Assembly: GCF_053078305.1 (NCBI RefSeq) | Contig: NZ_CP166879.1 | Strand: one strand, 5' to 3' | DNA length: 64,000 nucleotides | Shown here: positions 35,430 through 44,300 of the stretch, in pieces | Layout of the letters: each line of letters opens with the position of its first letter | How positions within the stretch are numbered: the first letter of the stretch is position 1 | The notes under the pieces: generated by a model | Told to the model about the DNA's origin: nothing | The model's input: the letters and a program-made list of their open reading frames with translations, nothing else | Database searches by the model: none | Translations under genes and position numbers: made by a program

Positions 35430-36248
35430 TTAAGCAGCCATCTGATGATATTTTTCCCTGAAGGCTGCCGGGGAGATATTCCCCAGACGAGAGTGACGAC
35501 GCTGACGATTGTAGAAAATCTCAATGTATTCCCGTATTACTGAGATGGCCTCATCCCGGCTCTTAAAACGATAGTGGCTCAGGCTCTCATTTTTCAGCGT
35601 TCCCCAGAAGCTTTCCATCGGAGCGTAGTCGTAACAGTTACCTTTACGCGACATTGATGTTTTCAGACCAAACTGCTCCTGTATGACCCGGTAATCGTAT
35701 GCGCAGTACTGTGAACCTCGATCGGAGTGGTGGATTAGCCCGGCAGGTGGGCGCTGGCTCCTGAGCGCCATAAACAGGGCTTTACCTGTCAGCTCTTTTG
35801 TCATGCGCTCTCCCATGGCGTAGCCGACAATTTCGCACGTATAAACATCTTTGATGCCAGCGAGGTACAACCATCCCTCCTGTGTGGCAACATACGTCAG
35901 GTCCGCCACCCAGACCTGATTTGGTGCTGTAGGAGCGAACGTCTGGTTCAGCAGATTTGGCGCAACTGGCAGATTGTGGTTCGAGTTCGTAGTCGCTCTG
36001 AACTTGCGTTTATGCTTACAGCGTAGCCTTAGCTCCTTACGAAGACGTGCCAGTCGGTCACGACCAACGATGATGCCATTCTCTGCCAGCTCCGTCTGGA
36101 GCCGCCGGGTTCCATATGTTTCGCGAGTGCGGATATGTGCCACCTTAATCTCCAGTTTTAGCCGCTCATCACTTTGTTTTCTGTCTGAGGGTTCATGCTG
36201 TACCCGGTTGTAATAACCGCTCCTGGATACACCAAATACCTGACACAT
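35430..36248 (-). CDS. IS600 OrfB (DDE integrase-core transposase; expressed as OrfAB by frameshift)
   Basis: 272-aa ORF with HSDRGSQY and SMSRKGNCYDYAPMESFWGTLKNE motifs. Confidence 0.88.
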   Translation of the reverse strand: MCQVFGVSRSGYYNRVQHEPSDRKQSDERLKLEIKVAHIRTRETYGTRRLQTELAENGIIVGRDRLARLRKELRLRCKHKRKFRATTNSNHNLPVAPNLLNQTFAPTAPNQVWVADLTYVATQEGWLYLAGIKDVYTCEIVGYAMGERMTKELTGKALFMALRSQRPPAGLIHHSDRGSQYCAYDYRVIQEQFGLKTSMSRKGNCYDYAPMESFWGTLKNESLSHYRFKSRDEAISVIREYIEIFYNRQRRHSRLGNISPAAFREKYHQMAA

Positions 36249-36283
36249 CGCTTCAATGGGAAATTGTTGTCGCCATTGTTCGA

Positions 36284-36586
36284 TTAACGCGTATTTTTCA
36301 GCGACTCCTGTGCAAAATACGCTGTTGCTTTTTTTAATATATCTCGCTCAAGGCGAGCTTCATTTAACGCCTTACGCAGTTGCAGAATTTCAGATTCCAG
36401 TTCAGCCACCGTGCGGGAACCAGGAGTACCGAGCCCTTTTCTGGCGGCGGTAACCCATTGTCCTAAAGTGCCTTCAGGAAGAGATAATCGGGAAGCGCCT
36501 TCACTGATCGAAAGTTGATTTTCAAGAACCGTTCTGACAGCTTCGGCTTTGAACTCTTTAGAGTAACGTTGGGTTTTTCTGCTCAT
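36284..36586 (-). CDS. IS600 OrfA (HTH transposase subunit)
   Basis: 100-aa ORF, HTH plus leucine-zipper-like region typical of IS3 OrfA. Confidence 0.85.
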   Translation of the reverse strand: MSRKTQRYSKEFKAEAVRTVLENQLSISEGASRLSLPEGTLGQWVTAARKGLGTPGSRTVAELESEILQLRKALNEARLERDILKKATAYFAQESLKNTR

Positions 36587-37071
36587 TATTAGCTCCTTCT
36601 GATGCCATTCTATTTCAGGAAGGAGTGTCCGTTAAACTCAGGCTACCTCACATCAGATGCCAACGCAACATTCCCTGCCATAAGCGCAGCCAGAACGCCT
36701 GTTACAACTAAACTATTCCTGGTGATATTGCTCATTCTCTTTCTCCATTTGTCGAGGATTTGGGCGTTGATTTTCGACGAGCTCCAGTTGCAACTCCAGT
36801 CTTAAGGTTATATCGGGATAGCACACAAGTGTTACACGCATAAACAAAAAATACCCAAAAAGTATTATTTCATAACATTTATTCATGGAAGATAACAATG
36901 AAACGATTCAGCTATATTTTTTAAACTAAAAAATACTTTATAAGAACATCCCAATTTTGGAGGCGATACTCATTCTCCCCCTGATAAATAAACACTCTCG
37001 TCCGACAGGGCGTGGAAACTATCAATAACCACAGTAATGATGCTGACTTTGTTTTCGTTTAAGGAAATGAC

Positions 37072-38628
37072 ATGCACGATTACCTGCTTTTTTTACTGGG
37101 ACTTACCCCCCTTCTGGCGATGATCATTTTGATTCTGAAAGTCAAAATGCCCATACACTATTCTGTGCTTAGCACTCTCCTGCTCACGCTAATCCTTGGA
37201 GGGGTTTTCTGGCAGACGCCAGTTATGGATATGGGATCTGCTGTGGTATACGGCGCAATCAAAGGTTTGTGGCCGATTGTGATTGTCATCCTTGCTGCCA
37301 TTTACAGCTATAACCTGATGAATGCGACAAAAAGCATGGATATTCTGAGAAATGTTCTAGCCAGCGTGAGCGATGATAAACGTATCCAGGTTCTTCTTAT
37401 CTCATGGTGTTTTGGCGGATTTCTTGAGGCGGCCGCCGGATACGGTACAGCGGTAGCAATCCCCATAGGTATACTCATTGCACTGGGCTTTAACCCACTA
37501 AAAGCAGCGATTGCATCACTGGTTGCTAATACAGTCCCTACAGCGTTTGGGGCAGTCGGTATACCTGTCTCCGTGCTTGCTGAACAAGTTAATTTACCTG
37601 TAACCACACTCAGCGGGACGATTATTCTTCAGCTGGCACTGTTCAACATTCTGCTCCCCTTCGTTATCGTCACGATTATCGGTGGAGGTATGAAAGCTAT
37701 ACGAGGCGTAGGGTTAATTACCCTGATGTGCGGTATTAGCACATTGATACCTCAGTATCTGGTGGCTGTTAATCTTGGCGCAGAGCTCCCGGCTTTCGCA
37801 GGAAGTCTTGTCAGTCTGATCGTTATAGTCTTTATGGCAAAAAACCGTAAAGAAAAAACAGAACCTGAATTTCTTATTGAGAGTTCAGCAGATAGCGCCA
37901 GCGCACTTTCATACTCTCGTGGGGCGTTGTTACGTGCGTGCTCAATCTACATTCTGATCTTTCTGTTCATTCTGCTTTGCTCTCCACTGTTCCCGACGAT
38001 AAAAAGTGCAGTGTCTCAGATTGCCTCGTCACTCACCTTCTCTCTGAGTAACGGCAGCAATCTGTCGATGAAAATTGAATGGATCGCAACCCCCGGTGTT
38101 CTGATTATCATTGCCAGTGTTATTGGCGGCTTGATACAGAAAGCATCCCTGTCATGCCTGTTAAACGTATTTGTCAGCACGGTAAAACAACTTAAAAACT
38201 CCATTATTGCCATTTCTGCGATTGTTGCCATGGCAACGGTAATGGATGTCTGTGGGTTGATTGGCACTCTGGCACAGAGCCTTGTGGATCTGACTGGTGG
38301 GGCCTACCTCTTCATTGCTCCGGTTATCGGCGCTCTTGGTACATTTGTTACTGGTAGTGACACAAACTCCAACATTCTGTTTGGTAAATTGCAGACTACT
38401 GCGGCTGAAAAATTGCATGTGGACCCGCTCTGGCTGGCTGCCGCAAATACATCTGGCGCAACAGGCGGCAAAATGATTTCTCCTCAGAGTATTGCTATCG
38501 CTGTTTCAGCCACCCGTATGGATGGTCAGGGCAGCGTAATCATGTCAGGAACACTGAAGTACTGCTTTGCTTATATTGTTATTCTTGGACTGAAAGTAGG
38601 CCTTGTCTACCACCTGTTCATGGCCTGA
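37072..38628 (+). CDS. lctP: L-lactate permease family (LctP) transporter
   Basis: 518-aa polytopic membrane protein with LctP-family features. Confidence 0.8.
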   Translation: MHDYLLFLLGLTPLLAMIILILKVKMPIHYSVLSTLLLTLILGGVFWQTPVMDMGSAVVYGAIKGLWPIVIVILAAIYSYNLMNATKSMDILRNVLASVSDDKRIQVLLISWCFGGFLEAAAGYGTAVAIPIGILIALGFNPLKAAIASLVANTVPTAFGAVGIPVSVLAEQVNLPVTTLSGTIILQLALFNILLPFVIVTIIGGGMKAIRGVGLITLMCGISTLIPQYLVAVNLGAELPAFAGSLVSLIVIVFMAKNRKEKTEPEFLIESSADSASALSYSRGALLRACSIYILIFLFILLCSPLFPTIKSAVSQIASSLTFSLSNGSNLSMKIEWIATPGVLIIIASVIGGLIQKASLSCLLNVFVSTVKQLKNSIIAISAIVAMATVMDVCGLIGTLAQSLVDLTGGAYLFIAPVIGALGTFVTGSDTNSNILFGKLQTTAAEKLHVDPLWLAAANTSGATGGKMISPQSIAIAVSATRMDGQGSVIMSGTLKYCFAYIVILGLKVGLVYHLFMA

Positions 38629-38677
38629 GAAAAAACAACAAAAGGACGTGGAATATTAATCAACAGGAGAAATTTCT

Positions 38678-39397
38678 GTGAATGTTAACTTTTTCGTCAC
38701 CTGCATTGGTGATGCGTTTAAATCCCGGATGGCACAAAAGAGTGTGCTGTTACTGGAGCAATTGGGTTGCAATGTCCATTTCCCCGAAAAGCAGGGATGT
38801 TGTGGTCAGCCAGCGATAAATGGCGGTTATGTTCGTGATGCCATCCCGGGCATGAAAAATCTCATATCTTCGCTGGAAGAGAATGACTGGCCGGTAGTAT
38901 CTCCTGCCGGGTCATGCACTTACACGATAAAAAATTACGCTCGCTATCTCAGTGAAGAACCTGAGTGGGCGGCACGAGCTGAAAAAGTGGCTGAACGCCT
39001 GCATGATTTGACATCATTTATAGTAAATCATCTTGGCATCACAGATGTTGGGGCAAAACTCAATGGTCGCGCTGTGTACCATCCCTCCTGCAGCCTTTCC
39101 CGTAAGCTGGGTGTAACCAGAGAGCCGCTTTTGCTACTTGAGAATGTACAGGGGCTTGAGCTACTGCCGTTTCACGCTCAGGAAACGTGCTGCGGGTTTG
39201 GCGGCACATTCTCTGTAAAAATGGCGGAGATCTCTGGTGAAATGGTGAAAGAGAAAGTCGGGCATATTATGGATGTTAAACCTGATTTTCTTATCGGGGC
39301 TGACGCCAGTTGCCTGCTAAACATCGGCGGTCGGCTTAACCGTGAAGGGCATCCTGTAAAAGTGATGCATATTGCTGAAGTCCTGATGCACAGATGA
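38678..39397 (+). CDS. lutA: Lactate utilisation protein A (LutA/YkgE-like, cysteine-rich CCG-domain Fe-S oxidoreductase)
   Basis: 239-aa ORF, GTG start with AGGAGA RBS; two CCG-type cysteine motifs (CCGQPA, CCGFGG). Confidence 0.82.
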   Translation: MNVNFFVTCIGDAFKSRMAQKSVLLLEQLGCNVHFPEKQGCCGQPAINGGYVRDAIPGMKNLISSLEENDWPVVSPAGSCTYTIKNYARYLSEEPEWAARAEKVAERLHDLTSFIVNHLGITDVGAKLNGRAVYHPSCSLSRKLGVTREPLLLLENVQGLELLPFHAQETCCGFGGTFSVKMAEISGEMVKEKVGHIMDVKPDFLIGADASCLLNIGGRLNREGHPVKVMHIAEVLMHR

Positions 39398-39407
39398 GGT
39401 AAACAGA

Positions 39408-40823
39408 ATGTCTTTGAAAACAAGTGATATCAGGTTTAAAGAGCGTATCCGTATTCAGATTCAGGACCCGATCATGCGAAAAGCTGTGGCTAACGCACAG
39501 GAGCGCATAGGGACTAATCGACAGAAAATGGTTGATGAACTGGGACACTGGGAGGAATGGCGTTCACGAGCTGAACAGATTCGTCGGCATGTTCTGGAAA
39601 ATCTTGATGCTTATTTGTATCAATTGTCCGAAAAGGTTACTGCGAATGGCGGGCATGTATATTTTGCCCGTACCAGAGAGGATGCAACCAGTTACATACT
39701 GAAGGTGGCGAAAGAAAAAAACGCCAGGAAGGTTGTTAAATCCAAATCAATGGTGACTGAGGAAATTGGCATGAATGCCGTTCTTCAGAAAGCCGGGATA
39801 CCCGTGATTGAAACGGACCTTGGGGAATATATTCTTCAGCTAGCACATGAGCCACCATCGCATGTGGTTGTGCCGGCAATACATAAAGATCGCCATCAAA
39901 TCCGCAGAGTTTTACATGAACATCTGGGGTATGACGGGCCTGAAACTCCAGAAGCAATGACATTGTTCATCCGTGAGAAAATCAGACAAGATTTTCTGAG
40001 TGCTGAAGTTGGCGTAACGGGGTGTAACTTTGCCGTTGCAGAAACAGGGTCAGTCTGCCTTGTTACAAACGAAGGCAACGCACGGATGTGCACCACATTA
40101 CCTAAAACACATATTGCTGTTATGGGTATGGAGCGTATTGCTCCGACATTCCAGGAGGTGGATGTTCTGATTACCATGCTTGCAAGGAGTGCTGTCGGGG
40201 CGAGACTGACAGGTTATAACACCTGGCTTACAGGCCCCAGAGAAGAAGGACATGTTGATGGTCCGGAAGAGTTCCATCTCGTTATTGTTGACAATGGGCG
40301 TTCAGAGATTCTCGGCTCAGAATTCAGCGATGTATTGCGATGTATCCGCTGCGGTGCCTGCATTAATACCTGCCCGGCTTATCGTCAGATTGGTGGGCAT
40401 GGTTATGGTTCAATCTACCCGGGGCCAATCGGCGCGGTTATTTCCCCATTGCTTGGTGGATATGAAGACTTTAAGGATTTACCCTATGCCTGCTCATTGT
40501 GCACTGCCTGCAATGGGGTATGTCCTGTAAAAATACCTCTGGCAACGCTAATACAAAAACATCGCCAGGTTATGGCAGAGTCTGAAATCACACCATTAAC
40601 GGAACGCCGTATAACCAGAGCATTCAATTACATAAACAGCCATCCGGCGTTGTGGAAGGTAGGTATGGTTGCTGGGGCCAAAACAGCCCGTCTGTTCATC
40701 AGGAAAGGAAAAACGCCGATTAGTGTTGGGGCGATAAAAGAATGGACTGAAGCCAGAGACCTGCCATCACCTGATGGAGAAAGCTTCCGTAGTTGGTTCA
40801 AGCGACATAAGAAGGAGGGGTAA
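39408..40823 (+). CDS. lutB: Lactate utilisation protein B (LutB/YkgF-like, 4Fe-4S ferredoxin + LUD domain)
   Basis: 471-aa ORF with two CxxCxxCxxxCP ferredoxin motifs (CIRCGACINTCP, CSLCTACNGVCP). Confidence 0.85.
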   Translation: MSLKTSDIRFKERIRIQIQDPIMRKAVANAQERIGTNRQKMVDELGHWEEWRSRAEQIRRHVLENLDAYLYQLSEKVTANGGHVYFARTREDATSYILKVAKEKNARKVVKSKSMVTEEIGMNAVLQKAGIPVIETDLGEYILQLAHEPPSHVVVPAIHKDRHQIRRVLHEHLGYDGPETPEAMTLFIREKIRQDFLSAEVGVTGCNFAVAETGSVCLVTNEGNARMCTTLPKTHIAVMGMERIAPTFQEVDVLITMLARSAVGARLTGYNTWLTGPREEGHVDGPEEFHLVIVDNGRSEILGSEFSDVLRCIRCGACINTCPAYRQIGGHGYGSIYPGPIGAVISPLLGGYEDFKDLPYACSLCTACNGVCPVKIPLATLIQKHRQVMAESEITPLTERRITRAFNYINSHPALWKVGMVAGAKTARLFIRKGKTPISVGAIKEWTEARDLPSPDGESFRSWFKRHKKEG

Positions 40824-40826
40824 TTT

Positions 40827-41525
40827 ATGGAAAACAGAGAGGAATTTCTCGTTGCGATCGCCAGAAAGCTTGGCAGACCAGTAAGACATATTCCCGAAGC
40901 AATGCCGGAGCCTGTAAATACGCTGGCTACGACACGTTTAACAGAGTTGACATCAGACCAACGCTGTGAGGCGTTTATTAAATTTGCCTCGGAAGTGATG
41001 CTTGCCGAGTGTGTTCTGGTGTCGCCTGAGAACGCACCATCAACAGCCTTAGACATCTGTTGGAAGTTCGGTTCCGGGCCAGTCATTATCAGCAACGATC
41101 AACGACTGGTCGATACAGGGATTACGCCATTGCTACAAAAAGAAATGGACGCTGCTCTGTGGGATCCGGAGAAGGGCGATGAAAATATCCATCTTGCTGA
41201 AAAGGCAAAAACTGGTGTCGTTTTCGCTGAGTATGGGCTGACAGAATCAGGAGGCATTGTCTTATTCTCCGCACCAGAACGTGGGCGCTCAGTAAGCCTT
41301 TTGCCTGAAGCATCATTATTTGTTTTACGTAAAAGCACCATTCTCCCCAGAGTGGCGCAGCTTGCGCAAAAACTTCATGATATGGCTCAGGAAGGACAAC
41401 GGATGCCGTCCTGTATAAATCTGATTGGAGGCCCAAGTTCTACTGCAGATATAGAACTGATCAAAGTTGTTGGCGTACATGGTCCTGTACATGCAACCTA
41501 TTTGATCATTGATGATTGCGATTAA
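40827..41525 (+). CDS. lutC: Lactate utilisation protein C (LutC/YkgG-like, LUD domain)
   Basis: 232-aa ORF immediately after lutB; operon context. Confidence 0.78.
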   Translation: MENREEFLVAIARKLGRPVRHIPEAMPEPVNTLATTRLTELTSDQRCEAFIKFASEVMLAECVLVSPENAPSTALDICWKFGSGPVIISNDQRLVDTGITPLLQKEMDAALWDPEKGDENIHLAEKAKTGVVFAEYGLTESGGIVLFSAPERGRSVSLLPEASLFVLRKSTILPRVAQLAQKLHDMAQEGQRMPSCINLIGGPSSTADIELIKVVGVHGPVHATYLIIDDCD

Positions 41526-41618
41526 CGATTGCTAATAAAAAAATGGCCTTAAGGTGATATTTCGTCTTGTGAAAAGGCAACAATAGACTAAAGGTTAGGC
41601 ATAATTGTGTTTCTTTAT

Positions 41619-41648
41619 GCCTCCGCAGCAATTTGTGGAGGCTTTTTT
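41619..41648 (+). terminator. Rho-independent terminator after lutC
   Basis: GCCTCCGCA...TGTGGAGGC hairpin followed by TTTTTT. Confidence 0.7.
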
Positions 41649-41728
41649 GCTTACTCCAAACAGTTTGGCTTCTTGAAAAAGTCATATCCCAAACCTATTG
41701 ACGCTTATAAAAAAGTAAAGAATGGTGA

Positions 41729-41957
41729 GTAAGCGTAAACTGACCACCGTATGTAGCCATGATGCCAGTATTGGTAACGTAGGTGCACCCCTATCTATTT
41801 TTGTAGAACCGGAGGAAACAGACCAGATAGTTTAAATGAGCTGGTTATACGTAACATAATTGTAAGCGTAAACTGACCGCCGTATGTAGCCATCAGACGA
41901 AAATTGGTAACTTAGACGCCCATCTGATATAGACGGACATCTAAGTATGGAATTACA
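41729..41957. repeat. Two tandem solo copies of an IS66-family terminal inverted-repeat segment
   Basis: GTAAGCGTAAACTGACC(A/G)CCGTATGTAGCCAT at 41729 and 41863, near-identical to the end of the IS66 element at 53769-53798. Confidence 0.65.
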
Positions 41958-41985
41958 TGAACCGCCCCGGAAATCCTGGAGACAT

Positions 41986-42211
41986 CTGGCCACCCTGATT
42001 CCTTCCCGTAACAACTGACGCCAGACTTTACGCACATCGTATACGCACGGTATCTTTTTCTTCAGCCAGTCATCACGCTGCGCACGGGCATTGCGTTTAT
42101 CAGGATGATGTCGCTGTTGCTGACAGTGGTAATACGTTGACGGGGCAATATGCAGTTCACTGCATACCGGTCCGATCCCGTACTGCTCACGCGACTTATC
42201 CAGCAGTGGCA
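41986..42211 (-). pseudogene. IS629 OrfB, truncated after ~75 codons
   Basis: MPLLDK...HIAPSTYYHCQQQRHHPDKR matches IS629 OrfB N-terminus then runs into the terminal IR. Confidence 0.7.
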
Positions 42212-42538
42212 TTATTTTTTCCAGGGGCGGTCGAACTCCGCCTTCGCAAAATAAGTGGAAGCCTGGCGAAGGATATCGTTACTGCGGCTCAGTTCACGAT
42301 TTTCACGTTCCAGCTCTTTCAGACGCTGACGTTCAGTGGTGGTGAAACCACCATCACCGCCCCCAATATCCTGCTCATGCTGGAGTACCCAGACGTGCAG
42401 AGTCTCCGGTGTACAGCCAATCTTAGGGGCAATAGAACAAATTGCTGTCCATTGTGAGTCATATTCGCCCTGACTTTCCAGAACCATACGAACTGCCCGT
42501 TGACGGACTTCGGGGGAAAAACGTGTATTTTTAGTCAT
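42212..42538 (-). CDS. IS629 OrfA
   Basis: 108-aa ORF MTKNTRFSPEVRQRAVRMV... recognised as IS629/IS1203 OrfA. Confidence 0.85.
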   Translation of the reverse strand: MTKNTRFSPEVRQRAVRMVLESQGEYDSQWTAICSIAPKIGCTPETLHVWVLQHEQDIGGGDGGFTTTERQRLKELERENRELSRSNDILRQASTYFAKAEFDRPWKK

Positions 42539-42752
42539 CCTGTTTACCTCTTTCTCAGGGAGTTTAGTCTCCAGGATTTCCGGGGCGGTTTAACGTTTAT
42601 AACAACTCCGACCATTCAAAATGGCCGGCGGGGTATAAATCCCTATCAATTTAACATTATCTCATTTGACATGAATAACGCCGTTTATCTATTTGTTGCC
42701 CTTTAGCTAGTTCATAGCAACCTAGAAAAATTTATTCGTTGCAATATAAATG

Positions 42753-44300
42753 CTACTTGCGTAGCGATAAAATTGCCCGTGCGGTTTCAGCACGGTTATA
42801 GATCTGCATTTTTTTTATTGCAGCATCCACATCTTCACCGCTTTTCTTATTCAGTTTAATCAGAAACTCAACAGGTAATAGCGAAGCTAAATTTTCAAAT
42901 TTTGATTCAGACCAAGTAATGGTTGCAACAGCCCCTTCAGTTCTCTTAATCATTAGTTTTTTAAGTAATTCTAAACGCTCTGGCTCAACAGTTATATAAC
43001 CAATCGGCAGGGTTAATGCACTATCAGAATTAGGTTGACCGTGGTATTGCACCAAAGCAATCACATCAGGAATTAAGAGGATCTCCAAACGATCAAATTT
43101 AGCCTCTGAAGTAAGGCCAATACCGGTAGGAAAACGACCTAAGTGCCGCTTACGCTCTTGACGTTTTTCACCTTCATCTGCACTTGAGTGTAAAAGCGAA
43201 ATGCGAGCAATCTTATCATCGGCATAATTGCCAAGTATATCGCCTAGAGCGCGAGTAAAACGCGAAAGTTGACTACCATTAGCTCCCCACAGTGGTACTT
43301 TACTGCTATACCACAGCGCTTTTGGAGCTGTTTTACCTATATAATCACGTAATGCATTATGCAACATACTAATGAACAGCTTAGAATTGTGCGGCAAATA
43401 AACAGCCCCTAACATGCCGGTAGTCAATGAAGTACCGTAGCCAGTTTTACGTTGTTCACGAGCCTCTATCCAGCCGGAATAGTTGAACTTATAACCATTA
43501 GCAAATTGTAACAACACTTTATCATTTGCTAGTTTACAGAAATCTTCACAGTCGATACCGAATTCATCTAGTTTATGTTCTCCCAAAAAATCTGCGATAT
43601 GAGCTTCCAGCTCGTTTGAAAGCGGCAGCCGGGTGTTACCTAAATATTCATAGGAACGAGTAAATTTCTGCGGCTCAATGCTCCCAGCAGAAACACCGTA
43701 GCTAACCTCTATCTCTATTGGGAGCTGCACCATCTCATGCGAACTACAGCCCATTATCTTATATAATTTAGTCCGTTGACGCTCATACTCGCTGTTGCGG
43801 CTGAGCAAAAGATGGTGCCGAAACTGGGAACTAAAAGCCTCTGTTACCGCAGCAGCATCTCCCCCGATCTGATGCCGCGGCAATAGCTCTGGCAGTCCAG
43901 AAGTAAAACGACGATTTGGTTGCGGTTTACATATCGAAAGAGTTAGTAGATCGAATGCAACTTCCTCCGTACATTCTTGATATTTAACTAAACTTGGCTT
44001 CCCACCATTATTAGCTGCATGCTTACGTAGGAATGAGCTAGCCTCAATATGCCCATCAGGATTAATGTTGATCAGTCTGTTAGCCAGCAACCCATCAAGC
44101 AATACCTCTCGCTCACGATCAGTTAGACCAAAGTAATTCTGTAACTCGCTGGGATAGAGTTGATCAAAAATCAGCAGCAAGCGACATGCAAACTGTTCAA
44201 TTCCAGGCATCAGTTTTTCAGTGGTCAAAGCGCAGTTGATCTTGTAACTACGCGCAGGTAGTAAAACGGTAATCAGATTACCCAGACGTGGTTCTGACAT
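42753..44300 (-). CDS. Hypothetical 515-aa protein, translationally coupled partner of the NERD-kinase-helicase gene
   Basis: Long ORF with start ATG overlapping upstream TAA (TAATG); no recognisable motif by eye. Confidence 0.8.
   Translation of the reverse strand: MSEPRLGNLITVLLPARSYKINCALTTEKLMPGIEQFACRLLLIFDQLYPSELQNYFGLTDREREVLLDGLLANRLININPDGHIEASSFLRKHAANNGGKPSLVKYQECTEEVAFDLLTLSICKPQPNRRFTSGLPELLPRHQIGGDAAAVTEAFSSQFRHHLLLSRNSEYERQRTKLYKIMGCSSHEMVQLPIEIEVSYGVSAGSIEPQKFTRSYEYLGNTRLPLSNELEAHIADFLGEHKLDEFGIDCEDFCKLANDKVLLQFANGYKFNYSGWIEAREQRKTGYGTSLTTGMLGAVYLPHNSKLFISMLHNALRDYIGKTAPKALWYSSKVPLWGANGSQLSRFTRALGDILGNYADDKIARISLLHSSADEGEKRQERKRHLGRFPTGIGLTSEAKFDRLEILLIPDVIALVQYHGQPNSDSALTLPIGYITVEPERLELLKKLMIKRTEGAVATITWSESKFENLASLLPVEFLIKLNKKSGEDVDAAIKKMQIYNRAETARAILSLRK

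Larger units (their letters stand above)
35387..36650 (-). mobile_element. IS600 (IS3 family), apparently complete
   Basis: 1264-bp element bounded by imperfect inverted repeats starting TGAGGT...GGACACT; contains orfA and orfB. Confidence 0.8.
41958..42592 (-). mobile_element. IS629-like (IS3 family) element with internal deletion (~635 bp; both terminal IRs retained)
   Basis: TGAACCGCCCCGGAAATCCTGGAGAC at 41958 and its inverted copy ending at 42592; intact orfA plus only the first ~75 codons of orfB. Confidence 0.75.

Noticed and set aside
42775-42795. Hairpin GCCCGTGC...GCACGG as terminator
   Set aside because: Lies inside the 3' coding end of the 515-aa ORF and is not followed by a T-run on the transcribed strand.
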